Numbered from the stretch's first letter, positions 10,739 to 21,105 are shown. The stretch is DNA of 64,000 bases from an uncultured delta proteobacterium (GCA_963765435.1 CAVXWK010000001.1:699294-763293); one strand, 5' to 3'. Numbers and translations are program-made. Notes: a model not told the origin generated them from the sequence alone.

Positions 10739-10921
10739 GAAATCCTAAATTCGAAACAAATTCAAATAACCCAAGCATGAAGCCCAAGACTGGAAGGAGA
10801 GGGGGGTTGGAAATTTGGTCATTTGCATTTCGGACTTGTTTCGGATTGGTCCGAGACGGACGCTTTGCCCAATATTCGAATTTCGAATTTAACAAATCAC
10901 ATTGGGGAATATTGTTCAAAA

Positions 10922-11374
10922 TTACTCCTTAAACTTTTCTTTCTCAAGGGCCTCGATTTTTTCTAACCGTCTCTTGTGCCTGCCCCCGGCAAACGGGGTT
11001 TCCAACCAAACCTTCACGATTTCCTTTGCCAATTCCTTCCCGACGATTCGGCCACCGACGATGAGTATATTGGCGTCGTTATGCTCTCGACTACAACGGG
11101 AAGAGTAAAGATCGTTCGCCAGAGCCGCTCTGGTTCTCGGAAATTTATTGGCTACAATGGACATACCAATGCCGGTGCCGCAGACCAGGATCCCCTTTTC
11201 CAAATCCCCCCGAGAGACCTTCTCTGCTACCAGAACCCCAAAATCCGGATAATCCACTGAATCTTCGTTGAAGGTACCCATGTCGATGGGTTTGAAACCG
11301 AGGGATTTCAAAAAGGCCTTCAGCTCTTCCTTGAGCTCGAAGCCCCCATGGTCACAGGCCAAACCGATCTGCAT
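10922..11374 (-). CDS. rpiB: ribose-5-phosphate isomerase B
   Basis: MQIGLACDHGGFELK, LVCGTGIGMSIVANK. Confidence 0.85.
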   Translation of the reverse strand: MQIGLACDHGGFELKEELKAFLKSLGFKPIDMGTFNEDSVDYPDFGVLVAEKVSRGDLEKGILVCGTGIGMSIVANKFPRTRAALANDLYSSRCSREHNDANILIVGGRIVGKELAKEIVKVWLETPFAGGRHKRRLEKIEALEKEKFKE

Positions 11375-11377
11375 GCG

Positions 11378-12619
11378 TTATCCTTCAAATTTCTTGAAGA
11401 CGAGGGCGGCATTGGTGCCGCCAAACCCGAAGGCGTTGGACATGGCAATTCTCAATGGTTTTCGCCTTGCCACGTTGGGGACATAATCTAAATCACATTG
11501 TGGGTCGGGCTCCTCGTGGTTGAGGGTGGGCGGCATGATGCCATCCCGAATGGATAAAATGGTGAAAATGGCTTCAGTGCTTCCGGCCGCCCCTAAGAGA
11601 TGGCCGGTCATCGATTTGGTTGCACTCACGGGAACCTTTTTTGCATGGTCACCGAATACCTTTTTAATGGCAATCGTCTCGGTCAAGTCATTGAGCGGAG
11701 TGGAGGTCCCGTGGGCATTGATGTAGTCCACGTCCTCCGGCTTCAGCCCGGCATCCTTGATCGCCATCTTCATGCATCGTACTGCCCCATCGCCATCCGG
11801 GGATGGGGCAGTGATATGATAAGCGTCGCCTGTGTAGCCATAGCCTACCAGCTCCGCATAGATCTTTGCTTTCCGATTTAAGGCAAACTGTAATTCTTCT
11901 AAGACAAGAATTCCTGCACCCTCTGCTATCACAAAACCGTCGCGATTCTTCTCAAATGGCCGGCTGGCCTTCTGCGGTTCGTCGTTTCTCGTAGAAAGCG
12001 CCTTCATCGCATTGAACCCGCCGACGGTGAGTGGGGTGATGTTGGCTTCGGTCCCGCCTGCAATCATCGCCTCCGCATCCCCGTAAACAATGGCGCGAAA
12101 CGCATCTCCAATACAATGAGCTCCCGTCGCACAGGCGGTGACCACACACGTATTCGGCCCCTTGGGGCCAAACAGGATCGCAATCTGCCCAGAGGCCAAA
12201 TTGGCAATGAGCATCGGGATGAAGAATGGAGTAATTCGGCTCGGTCCTTTTTCCATAAGGACTTTGTGATATTTTTCGATGCTGGGCAATCCTCCCAAAC
12301 CCGTCCCCACGATCACGCCGATCTGTTCGGAGTTCTCGGGAGTGATAGCCAACCGGGCGTCGCCCAGGGCCTCCTTCGTGGCTGCAATGGCATAATGAAT
12401 GAAGAGATCCATTTTCTTGATCTCTTTCTTATCGATGTACAGTTCTGGGTTGAAGTTTCGCACCTCCCCCGCGATCTTCGTCTCAAATCCGTTTGAGTCG
12501 AACCGCGTGAGAGGACCGATGCCTGATTTTCCCTCACAGACATTCTTCCACGCCGTTTCGACTCCGATCCCGATGGGGATCACCAACCCTATTCCGGTGA
12601 CGACAACCCTTCTTCCCAA
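11378..12619 (-). CDS. fabF: 3-oxoacyl-[ACP] synthase II
   Basis: [11 protein letters not shown], active-site Cys context [22 protein letters not shown]. Confidence 0.9.
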   Translation of the reverse strand: MGRRVVVTGIGLVIPIGIGVETAWKNVCEGKSGIGPLTRFDSNGFETKIAGEVRNFNPELYIDKKEIKKMDLFIHYAIAATKEALGDARLAITPENSEQIGVIVGTGLGGLPSIEKYHKVLMEKGPSRITPFFIPMLIANLASGQIAILFGPKGPNTCVVTACATGAHCIGDAFRAIVYGDAEAMIAGGTEANITPLTVGGFNAMKALSTRNDEPQKASRPFEKNRDGFVIAEGAGILVLEELQFALNRKAKIYAELVGYGYTGDAYHITAPSPDGDGAVRCMKMAIKDAGLKPEDVDYINAHGTSTPLNDLTETIAIKKVFGDHAKKVPVSATKSMTGHLLGAAGSTEAIFTILSIRDGIMPPTLNHEEPDPQCDLDYVPNVARRKPLRIAMSNAFGFGGTNAALVFKKFEG

Positions 12620-12657
12620 AACCTCACACCTCCTTCGGCATGTGCCCGCCGAAACCC

Positions 12658-12894
12658 TTACTGCGTCACGTGGGCCTGAATATATTCAATGGCATCTCCA
12701 ACGGTGAGGATCTTCTCTGCCTCTTCGTCGGAGATCTCTATATTGTATTCCTCCTCCAGAGCCATGACCAATTCCACCAAATCGAGAGAATCCGCTCCTA
12801 AGTCGTCAACGAATTTGGCCTCTGGAGCCACCTCGTTTTCATTGACACCCAACTGCTCTACGATAATCTCTTTCACTCTCTTGTCAATAGACAT
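12658..12894 (-). CDS. acpP: acyl carrier protein
   Basis: LGADSLD phosphopantetheine-attachment motif; start at MSIDKRV (internal M of longer ORF). Confidence 0.9.
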   Translation of the reverse strand: MSIDKRVKEIIVEQLGVNENEVAPEAKFVDDLGADSLDLVELVMALEEEYNIEISDEEAEKILTVGDAIEYIQAHVTQ

Positions 12895-12919
12895 GGAATC
12901 ACCTCCTTGTTTTGATTCG

Positions 12920-13675
12920 TCACATATAGATGCCACCGTTCACATTCAATACCTGACCGGTAATATAACTCGATTCTTCGCAAACGAGGAAAAGCACGGC
13001 TTCGGCTACGTCTTCGGGCTTCCCCAACCGCTCCATGGGGATGAGCTTCTTTAATTCCTCCTTCGCCTTTTCCGGAAGGGCATCGGTCATCGGCGTTTCG
13101 ATATATCCGGGCGCAATGGCATTGACGTTGATCCCTCTTTGCGCGTACTCCCTCGCAATGGTTTTGGTCAAACCGATGACGCCGGCCTTTGAGGCGGAGT
13201 AGTTCGCCTGTCCTGCATTCCCCATCTCCCCGACCACGGAGGCGATATTGACGATCTTGCCGCTTCGCTGTTTCGCCATGTGTCGAATGACCGTCTTGGT
13301 ACAGTTGAACGTTCCCTTCAGATTCACGCCAAGAACGGCATCCCAATCCTCCTCTGTCATTCTGAGGATGAGTTTGTCACGAGTAATGCCAGCATTATTC
13401 ACTAAAATATCGATCTTGGCAAGCTTTTCTATGATGGCCTCCACCATCCGCTCCACATCGCTCAGATTGGAGACGTCCACTCTGACCGCCGTCGCTTTTG
13501 GGCCAATCGCCCTAATCTCTTTTGCCGTCTCCTCGGCCTTCTCAAGATTGATGTCGGAGACAACGATATCGGCCCCGTTTCGAGCAAGAAGCAGGGCAAT
13601 CGCTCTCCCGATCCCCTGAGCCGCACCCGTCACCAAAGCCACTTTCCCCGTCAGCTTCAACCCTTCCTCCGTCAA
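12920..13675 (-). CDS. fabG: 3-oxoacyl-[ACP] reductase
   Basis: [27 protein letters not shown] motifs. Confidence 0.9.
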   Translation of the reverse strand: MTEEGLKLTGKVALVTGAAQGIGRAIALLLARNGADIVVSDINLEKAEETAKEIRAIGPKATAVRVDVSNLSDVERMVEAIIEKLAKIDILVNNAGITRDKLILRMTEEDWDAVLGVNLKGTFNCTKTVIRHMAKQRSGKIVNIASVVGEMGNAGQANYSASKAGVIGLTKTIAREYAQRGINVNAIAPGYIETPMTDALPEKAKEELKKLIPMERLGKPEDVAEAVLFLVCEESSYITGQVLNVNGGIYM

Positions 13676-13928
13676 TCAAAAAATCGCAAAGGGCTCGCCG
13701 CATAGCGCAAAGCGTCAAACGGCGCTCAACTTGTTTGTCATCATATCATAATATGAAGAACCGTTGGATGCGCCACACTAGCGCAGTAAATCTAACACTT
13801 CTTTACAACAATAAAAGTTGTCCTTCCCGCGAAGGCGGGAATCCAGCTTATAAAGACTGGATTCCGGATCAAGTCCGGAATGACGGCGTCTGTAAAGCAA
13901 TTTACGGGCGCCACTTTAGCGCTGTGCG

Positions 13929-14849
13929 CTATGCTATGCTCTTTAGAGTCTTGAGGTCTTCTATGTTCTTCGTCTCCACACGACTATCGATCCGTTTCAT
14001 CAGACCTGAGAGAACTTTTCCAGGGCCCACTTCCAAGATCTGCTCAATCCCTTTTTCGATCATCTTCCTCATGGACTCTTCCCAGCGAACAGGGCTTGAT
14101 ACCTGAGCTATCAACAATTCCTTCACCCTATCTTTCGAGGTATTGGCCTCTGCCTCTACGTTCGTCACCACCGGGATCTTCAGATCGTTAACAGAAATCT
14201 CTTCCAACGCCTTCTCCAGACGCTCCGCTGCCGGTTTCATCAGAGGAGAATGAAACGGGGCGCTGACCGGAAGCAGGACCGCTTTCTTTCCATCCTGTTT
14301 TATTCTCTCAATGGCCCGCTCGACCGCTTTCGAATGACCGGCGATGACGATCTGACCCGGGCTATTAAAATTCGCAGGAGTGAGAACCTCGCCGGAGGAA
14401 ATCTCTTCGCAAAGTTTTTCTACCTGTTCCCTCTCCATACCGAGGACAGCTGCCATGGCCCCTTCTCCCACCGGCACGGCCTCCTGCATAAACTTCCCGC
14501 GGAGACGGACAATCTTCACGGCCTGCGAGAAGGCGAGCGCTTCGGAGGCGACCAAAGCGCTGTATTCTCCGAGGCTGTGCCCCGCTGCGAGCTGCGGGGC
14601 TACGCCTTTCTCCGCCTGAAGCACCTTGAGCGCGGCAACACTCGTTGTCAGCACGGCGGGTTGGGTATTTTCGGTCAGCCTTAGCGCTTCTTCAGGGCCC
14701 TTAAAACAGAGATCGGTTATGGAGAAATGAAGGGCATCATCCGCCTCCTCAAAAATCTCTCTCGCCACACTGAAATTTTCGAAGAGTTCCCTTCCCATTC
14801 CCACATATTGGGACCCTTGTCCAGGAAAGGTCAAAGCTGTCTTTTTCAT
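13929..14849 (-). CDS. fabD: malonyl CoA-ACP transacylase
   Basis: FPGQGSQYVGMG, GHSLGEYSAL motifs. Confidence 0.9.
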   Translation of the reverse strand: MKKTALTFPGQGSQYVGMGRELFENFSVAREIFEEADDALHFSITDLCFKGPEEALRLTENTQPAVLTTSVAALKVLQAEKGVAPQLAAGHSLGEYSALVASEALAFSQAVKIVRLRGKFMQEAVPVGEGAMAAVLGMEREQVEKLCEEISSGEVLTPANFNSPGQIVIAGHSKAVERAIERIKQDGKKAVLLPVSAPFHSPLMKPAAERLEKALEEISVNDLKIPVVTNVEAEANTSKDRVKELLIAQVSSPVRWEESMRKMIEKGIEQILEVGPGKVLSGLMKRIDSRVETKNIEDLKTLKSIA

Positions 14850-14976
14850 ATAGGATTTCTCGGTTAAGGTTAGGGTTAAGAAGCCCGTTTGGTCGAGAGG
14901 TTAAGTCATTTGTGCTGAACCTTTTACACTTAACCCCTTCACCAAGAACGAAACCGGCTTCCTCGCCCTCGCCGAC

Positions 14977-16146
14977 CTACGTTCCCTTCTTCCCTGCATA
15001 TTCCTTGCTCAATTCCAAACCGATGACATTCCGCTGGATCTGATTCGTCCCTTCGTAGATCTGGAGAATTTTTGCATCCCGCATCATCTTCTCCACGGGA
15101 TAATCCCTCATATACCCGTAGCCTCCGAAGACTTGAACCGCGTCGGTGGTCACTTTCATAGCCACATCACTGGCAAAGACTTTAGCCATTCCGGAGACCT
15201 TCGAAATCTCTTTGGGGTTTTCCGATTGATCGACATAGCGGGCGACCGAATAGACCAAGGCCCTCGCGGCCTCTACGAGAGTCGCCATATCGGCTAACAT
15301 GTGCTGAACCGCCTGGAAAGAAATGATCTTCTTTTCAAACTGCTCTCGTTCTCTGGCGTAACGGACCGCTTCATCGAGTGCCCCCTGGGCCAACCCGACA
15401 CCCTGAGCGCCCACCCCGGGTCGGGTCCGATCAAACGTCCTCATGGTGACGATAAATCCCATTCCTTCTTTTCCAATCAGATTTTCCTTGGGAACAAAAC
15501 AGTCCTGGAAGACGAGCTCCCGCGTCGCAGACGACCGGATCCCCATCTTCTTCTCTTTCTTCCCAAAATTGAAGCCCGGGGTTCCCTTCTCCACAATCAA
15601 AGCGCTCGCGCCTCTGGGACCTTTCGACCGGTCGGTCATCGCGATTACCGAGTAGGTTTCCGCCTCACCGCCGTTGGTAATCCACTGCTTCGTTCCGTTC
15701 AAAACATATCCTTCTCCCTTTCGCGTAGCAATGGTTCGGATAGAACCTGCGTCACTTCCCGCATCCGCTTCGGTCAACCCGAATGCAGCCAATTTCTTCC
15801 CTTTGGCAATGTCCGGCAGGTATTTTTTCTTCTGTTCAGGGCTTCCAAAAAGCAGGATGGGCATCGCGCCCAATCCGCTTGCGACGATACTGGTTGCGAT
15901 CCCGAGACAGACACGGCTCAATTCCTCTGCAACCAAACAATATTCTAAGATACCTCCTCCAAAACCGTCGTACTCCTCCGGCATGGAGACGCCCATGAGG
16001 CCCGCTTCCGCGCTGATCTTAACGATCTCCCACGGAAATTCCTCCTTCTCGTCCAATTCGGCGCGCGCGGGCAGCATTTTTTCCTGGGCGACCTTCCTTG
16101 CTAAATCCCGAATCATTTTTTGTTCTGGTGTGAGAAAATAATCCAA
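14977..16146 (-). CDS. acyl-CoA dehydrogenase (short-chain/butyryl-CoA dehydrogenase-like)
   Basis: full ACAD three-domain architecture (TEADAGSDAGS, QVFGGYGYMRDYPVEKMMRDAKILQIYEGTNQIQR). Confidence 0.85.
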   Translation of the reverse strand: MDYFLTPEQKMIRDLARKVAQEKMLPARAELDEKEEFPWEIVKISAEAGLMGVSMPEEYDGFGGGILEYCLVAEELSRVCLGIATSIVASGLGAMPILLFGSPEQKKKYLPDIAKGKKLAAFGLTEADAGSDAGSIRTIATRKGEGYVLNGTKQWITNGGEAETYSVIAMTDRSKGPRGASALIVEKGTPGFNFGKKEKKMGIRSSATRELVFQDCFVPKENLIGKEGMGFIVTMRTFDRTRPGVGAQGVGLAQGALDEAVRYAREREQFEKKIISFQAVQHMLADMATLVEAARALVYSVARYVDQSENPKEISKVSGMAKVFASDVAMKVTTDAVQVFGGYGYMRDYPVEKMMRDAKILQIYEGTNQIQRNVIGLELSKEYAGKKGT

Positions 16147-16252
16147 TCTTTTACCCTCTCTTTTCTATTTGAATTAAGCGAATCAAACCCCGCCCGTTAG
16201 GGCCACCGGGCCCAAAGCTTTCAATATATTGTGTGTGTCGCACCTTTCCTTG

Positions 16253-16302
16253 TAACCCCCCTCTGTTCCCCCCTTAAATTAAGGGGGGATGAAGGAGGGT
16301 TA
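16253..16302. repeat. 48-bp double-hairpin palindromic element (copy B)
   Basis: overlaps plsX stop codon, about 105 bp upstream of the acyl-CoA dehydrogenase start. Confidence 0.6.
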
Positions 16303-17355
16303 ACGTATCGATTTAACCTCCCCGTTCACCCGATCCGGTCGTTTTTGCCCCAGACGAAACAGATCCTCTTTCTCCTTAAGCTCTTCAATGACATGCTCGT
16401 TCAGTCTATTCTTGGCCAAGTTTGAGGCCAAGAGAATGGCATTCATGATCGCCTTGCCATTCGACGAACCATGGCAGATGAGGCAGTTGCCGTTAATCCC
16501 CAAGAGGGGCGCTCCTCCAACTTCTGCATAGTCAAGCCTCTTTTCCAGGCGACGAATCGCCCGCCCCATCAGGAAATAGGCCGCTTTCGCTCTAATATTA
16601 TCCTCTGCTTCCTGCTTGAGAATCGCGTGGATGGTCTCCCAGAGCCCTTCGCTTACCTTTAACGCCACATTTCCAACGAAACCGTCGCATACCATGACAT
16701 CCACTTCTCCGTTGTTGAGATCCCGGCCCTCCACGTAACCGACATAGTTCAAATCGGTCTCCGACAAAATATCATGCACCTCTCGCGTCAGCTCATTTCC
16801 TTTCCCTTCTTCCTCTCCGTTGCTCAACACGCCAATTCGAGGGCTTTCCTTTCCCAGGATATATTTTGCATAGGCATCCCCCATCATTGCAAACTGGACA
16901 AGATGAAAGGGTTTGCAATCCACCGTGCCGCCGGAATCAATGAGGACCGTGCTGCCTTTGGTGGTGGGATGGATCGTGGCAATAGCAGGCCGTTCCACGC
17001 CTTCCAATTTTTTCAAGATATACATCGCCAAACCCATGGCCGCTCCTGAATTTCCGGCGGAGACCACGCCGCTGGCCTGACCCTCTTTTGCCAGATCGAG
17101 GGCAACCTTGATCGAGGTATCTTTCATCCTCCGGATGACCGTCGACGGAGAGTCATGCATGGCAACCACGAATGGAGCATGGTGGATGTAGATCGCGAGT
17201 TTTGAGGTAGGGTATTTGGACAGTTCCTTGCTTACTTGATCCTCGTCCCCCACCAAAACCACCTTGACCCCGTATTCCTTTGCCGCTAAGACGGCTCCCT
17301 CCACAATCCCTTGAGGGGCAAAATCCCCTCCCATCGCATCGACCGCAATCTTCAT
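16300..17355 (-). CDS. plsX: phosphate acyltransferase PlsX
   Basis: MKIAVDAMGGD start, PlsX family. Confidence 0.9.
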   Translation of the reverse strand: MKIAVDAMGGDFAPQGIVEGAVLAAKEYGVKVVLVGDEDQVSKELSKYPTSKLAIYIHHAPFVVAMHDSPSTVIRRMKDTSIKVALDLAKEGQASGVVSAGNSGAAMGLAMYILKKLEGVERPAIATIHPTTKGSTVLIDSGGTVDCKPFHLVQFAMMGDAYAKYILGKESPRIGVLSNGEEEGKGNELTREVHDILSETDLNYVGYVEGRDLNNGEVDVMVCDGFVGNVALKVSEGLWETIHAILKQEAEDNIRAKAAYFLMGRAIRRLEKRLDYAEVGGAPLLGINGNCLICHGSSNGKAIMNAILLASNLAKNRLNEHVIEELKEKEDLFRLGQKRPDRVNGEVKSIR

Positions 17356-17510
17356 CTTACGTTTTCTCCTAACACCATCCTCTATGCCTTCCCCCGTTAG
17401 AAAGCCCCGCTATTCATAGCAGATCAATCCGGCTCCAGACCGAGGATGATATCAAAAAGACTTCGATTCCTCCTTAAAAGGTTGGGCATTTCCATCCTCT
17501 CTAACGGGGA

Positions 17511-17696
17511 TTACTTCTCTTCTTCCACCTTGATCACCTCTCTCCCTTTGTAAGTCCCACAATGGGGACAGACATGATGGGGGAGTAAAGGCTCATGACA
17601 TTGAGGACACAGAGAGACATTAGGAGCAGCCAGTTTATCATGGGCTCGACGTTGACCCCTTTTGGATGCTGATGTTCTCCTTTTCGGAACTCCCAT
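17511..17696 (-). CDS. rpmF: 50S ribosomal protein L32
   Basis: MGVPKRRTS...CPQCHE...CPHCG. Confidence 0.9.
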   Translation of the reverse strand: MGVPKRRTSASKRGQRRAHDKLAAPNVSLCPQCHEPLLPHHVCPHCGTYKGREVIKVEEEK

Positions 17697-17797
17697 TCGA
17701 ACGTATCCTTTCTCATCCGTTGAAATTATTTTCAGATGTTAAATTAAGACTTTGGTCTAACGACCTTATCTTTTCCACATAACAGATTATGACGGCA

Positions 17798-18349
17798 TTA
17801 ATCAAGCTTTAATTTCTTAAGAGCCGAAAACCCTGATCCAAATTCCTCCTTTACGCATTCACAGGAAGAGAGATTTAGATCTTTTCCACATTTCGGGCAA
17901 AGCCCTTTGCATCCCTCCTGACAGACGGGCTGGTAGGGGATTTCCAAAAAAATCTGTTCGCAGGCGATCTCGGAAAGCTGAATTTCTCCTCCCTCGAAGA
18001 AACTCGACTCCATCTCCTCGCTCCCGACTTCGGTCTCTTCCTCAGAGGGAGCCTCTTTTAAGGGATGGAGCGTGAGCTCAAAGGTAGTGGCGAGAGGATA
18101 GGAGAATTCCTTCAAGCATCTTACACATTGGAATCGAAGAGTGACCTCGACCTTCCCCGTAATCAAGACCGATTGCCCCGCCTTCTGGATCTTTACCTCT
18201 GCCTGAAGCGGGGTCTCGAAGTCGAAGTCGATCCTTGAAAAGCCTTTCAGGTAGGCCAACAAGGTGGCCTTTTCTTCCTTCCACTGTAGATCCAGACCCT
18301 GTTCAGGAATTTCATCCAATTTCAAAGCAAACATTTGGTTTCCGCTCAT
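17798..18349 (-). CDS. yceD: DUF177/YceD-family protein (large-subunit accumulation protein)
   Basis: located upstream of rpmF; C-terminal CxxC...CxxC. Confidence 0.8.
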   Translation of the reverse strand: MSGNQMFALKLDEIPEQGLDLQWKEEKATLLAYLKGFSRIDFDFETPLQAEVKIQKAGQSVLITGKVEVTLRFQCVRCLKEFSYPLATTFELTLHPLKEAPSEEETEVGSEEMESSFFEGGEIQLSEIACEQIFLEIPYQPVCQEGCKGLCPKCGKDLNLSSCECVKEEFGSGFSALKKLKLD

Positions 18350-18542
18350 TTACGTCAAATTAAACAAATAAATATATAAAAAAAATTTTGTTTGTCAAGA
18401 GAAATTGGGATTTGGCGGAGTGCGAAGGTTTTGGTTTGAAAAAAAAACCTCAGTATGTTAACAAATTTGCAGATAGTCTCGCAAGGGTTTGTGGAAAAAA
18501 CTCACCGAGTTGGCCCAAAAGGTCTGTTGAGGAGGGAAAAAG

Positions 18543-20036
18543 ATGGAAGGAATGGATAAGATACCGAAAAAACCAATCAAGATAACGGATACGACCCTTC
18601 GGGATGGGCATCAGTCGACCTTGGCCACCCGGATGAGGACAGAGGATATGGTCCCTATAGCCGAGGGGCTCGACAAAGTGGGCTTCCATTCAGTAGAGAT
18701 GTGGGGAGGGGCTACCTTTGATGTCGCCCACCGGTTTTTGGGAGAGGATCCCTGGGAAAGGGTGAAAGTCCTGAAGAAACTCATGCCGCGAACTCCCTTC
18801 CAGATGCTTCTTCGGGGCCAGAATCTGGTCGCTTACCGGAACCACCCGGACGATCTGGTAGAGGCATTCGTCGAGAAATCGGCCGAGGTGGGCATTGACA
18901 TCTTCCGTTGTTTTGATGCGGTTAACGACGAGCGAAACTTTGAGACGGCCTTCAAGGTGATCAAGAAGGTCCGAAAGCATATTCAAGGGACGATCTGTTA
19001 TTCATTGACTGAGAGACGGATGGGAGGGCCGGTTTATAATCTCAGCTATTATCTGGAGAAGGCAAAGATATTGGAAGGATTGGGGGCGGATTCCCTCTGT
19101 ATCAAGGATATGGCAGGCTTGCTGGCTCCTTATGATGCTTACGAATTGGTTAAGGCTTTGAAGAAAACGATAAAGCTTCCTATTCAACTGCATACCCATT
19201 ATACGAGCGGGATGGCATCGATGACCTATCTAAAGGCGATTGAGGCGGGGGTGGATATCATCGATACGGCCCTGGCGCCTTTTGCACTCAGGTCTTCACA
19301 GCCTGCGGTGGAGCCGATTGTCGTGGCGTTGGAGGGGACGCCCTGGGATTCGAAGCTGGACCTGGACAAGCTCCTGAACCTCGGGAATTACATCGAAAGC
19401 ATTGCGCCAAAGTATCGGGAGTTCTTGGATACGACGAAGATGGCGGTGATTGATACGAGCGTGCTGAAACATCAGATACCCGGCGGGATGATCTCGAACA
19501 TGGTGAGCCAGCTCAAACAGCAGAAGGCCCTGAATCGGTTGGATGAGGTCTATTCCGAGCTTCCTCAAACGAGAAAAGACCTGGGTTATCCTCCGCTGGT
19601 CACCCCGACTTCCCAGATCGTGGGAGTCCAGGCGGTTCTCAATGTTCTGTTTGGACGCTATAAGATGGTCTCGAAGGAGACGCAGGACTACGTCTATGGC
19701 CTTTACGGAAGACCGCCGGTATCTATCCCTGATGAGATCAAAAAGTTAGTGCTTAAAGGTTATAAGAGGGGAAAGGAGCCTATTTCGTGCCGCCCTGCAG
19801 ATTTGATAGAGCCGGAGATGGAGAAAGTGAAAAAGGAGACAGAAGGCCTGGCGAAGGGTGTTTGTGATACGCTGATTTATGCGCTGTTTCCCCAAACCGG
19901 AAAAGAGTTCTTGAAATGGAAGTATGGGTTGGAGCCCATGCCGGACAAGGTGAAACCCAAAACCTTGGAAGATGTGAAAAAAGAAGACGAGGCTCTGGCC
20001 AAAGCTAAGGCAGAAACCCAGAAAAAGACAGGTTAG
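18543..20036 (+). CDS. carboxyltransferase subunit (pyruvate carboxylase subunit B / oxaloacetate decarboxylase alpha / transcarboxylase 5S-like), no biotinyl domain
   Basis: ITDTTLRDGHQS TIM-barrel carboxyltransferase motif; 497 aa ends without AMKM biotin-attachment motif. Confidence 0.8.
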   Translation: MEGMDKIPKKPIKITDTTLRDGHQSTLATRMRTEDMVPIAEGLDKVGFHSVEMWGGATFDVAHRFLGEDPWERVKVLKKLMPRTPFQMLLRGQNLVAYRNHPDDLVEAFVEKSAEVGIDIFRCFDAVNDERNFETAFKVIKKVRKHIQGTICYSLTERRMGGPVYNLSYYLEKAKILEGLGADSLCIKDMAGLLAPYDAYELVKALKKTIKLPIQLHTHYTSGMASMTYLKAIEAGVDIIDTALAPFALRSSQPAVEPIVVALEGTPWDSKLDLDKLLNLGNYIESIAPKYREFLDTTKMAVIDTSVLKHQIPGGMISNMVSQLKQQKALNRLDEVYSELPQTRKDLGYPPLVTPTSQIVGVQAVLNVLFGRYKMVSKETQDYVYGLYGRPPVSIPDEIKKLVLKGYKRGKEPISCRPADLIEPEMEKVKKETEGLAKGVCDTLIYALFPQTGKEFLKWKYGLEPMPDKVKPKTLEDVKKEDEALAKAKAETQKKTG

Positions 20037-20105
20037 AATTACTAGGGACCGTCATTCCGGACTTGATCCGGAATCCAGTCCTTTCAACCGAATTCCCGGT
20101 TTAGG

Positions 20106-20792
20106 TCAGGATGTGCTTATAGCAGCAGCCTGACTTTCTTCCTCGATATATTTTATTAAAATCTCGTAGATCTTGTCGTCAATCAGGCCAACTTTGTGAA
20201 GCCACGCCATGGCATCTGAAATCTTAAACAGGACATGCGGCTCAATCCGGGATGACCGGAGCCTCTGCTGACCCCCCTGCTCCCTATCCAAGAGTACGAC
20301 CAGCTCGTTCACCACACCTCCCTGGTCTCTGATCACCTCTGCCGTTTCAATGACGCTTTCACCCGTGGTGATGAGATCATCGATCACCAGGACCCGATCA
20401 TTACGTTCCAGAATTCCCTCAACCTTCTTCCTTACCCCGTGTTCTTTCCTGGCCTGCCGGTAGTAAATCAGGGGAATGCCTAATTTCTGGCTCACCACTG
20501 TTGCAAAAGGAACCCCCGCTGTCGGAACGCCCAGAATCTTATCGATTTTATCCTTCCCGATCTCGTTGAGAATGATTCGGGTCAAAGAATTGGCAATCCA
20601 GTCCATGGTGGTCGGGCTGGAAATAGTTTGCCTCAGATCGATATAGTATGGGCTTTTCTTCCCGGAAGCCAGGATGTAGTCACCAAACTTGATCGCATTG
20701 TTCTTGATCAGGAGAATCCCCACCTGCTTCATGAGGAAAAGCTTTTCCTCCGTCCAAACCATCTTTTCGATCTCTTCGAGTCGTAGAATCAT
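20106..20792 (-). CDS. pyrE: orotate phosphoribosyltransferase
   Basis: FGDYILASGKKSPYYIDLR and VLVIDDLITTG PRTase motifs; start at MILRL (an upstream M at 20828 also possible). Confidence 0.7.
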   Translation of the reverse strand: MILRLEEIEKMVWTEEKLFLMKQVGILLIKNNAIKFGDYILASGKKSPYYIDLRQTISSPTTMDWIANSLTRIILNEIGKDKIDKILGVPTAGVPFATVVSQKLGIPLIYYRQARKEHGVRKKVEGILERNDRVLVIDDLITTGESVIETAEVIRDQGGVVNELVVLLDREQGGQQRLRSSRIEPHVLFKISDAMAWLHKVGLIDDKIYEILIKYIEEESQAAAISTS

Positions 20793-20879
20793 GATTGATC
20801 TTTTATTAAACTTTTTTATGAAAGTCAAGAAAAATTAAGTGAGATTTCTGAAAAAGTGCAGAAATCTCTGATTACACTG

Positions 20880-21070
20880 ATTAGGAAACGATTACACCGA
20901 TCTAGTCCCCTTTCATCCCCTTTGTCAAAAGTGGGAAACCTCTCTCCTATTGGCAAACGGGAGAAGTCTCTCCACTCTCTTTACCGATACGGAGAAACCT
21001 CTCTCCCCCCTTCAGCAGAGGGGAAAAACCCCTCTCCTCCCTTTGGAAAAGGGAGGCTGGGAGGGATTTT
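20880..21070. repeat. cluster of 4-5 tandem degenerate 30-bp stem-loops (CCTCTCTCC-N-GGGAGAA type)
   Basis: gggaaacctctctcc / gggagaagtctctcc / ggagaaacctctctcc / ggggaaaaacccctctcctcc seen directly. Confidence 0.5.
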
Positions 21071-21105
21071 ACAAGATCGTTTCAAACGGTTAGGTTGACC
21101 AGAAA

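Noticed and set aside
15301-16141. 215-aa and 155-aa plus-strand ORFs
   Set aside because: Both are antisense to the acyl-CoA dehydrogenase gene; no family resemblance.
20880-21070. Possible CRISPR array (tandem ~30-bp repeats)
   Set aside because: Units are degenerate, differ in length, have no uniform spacers, and each is itself a hairpin. There are no cas genes nearby. More consistent with clustered REP-like hairpins.
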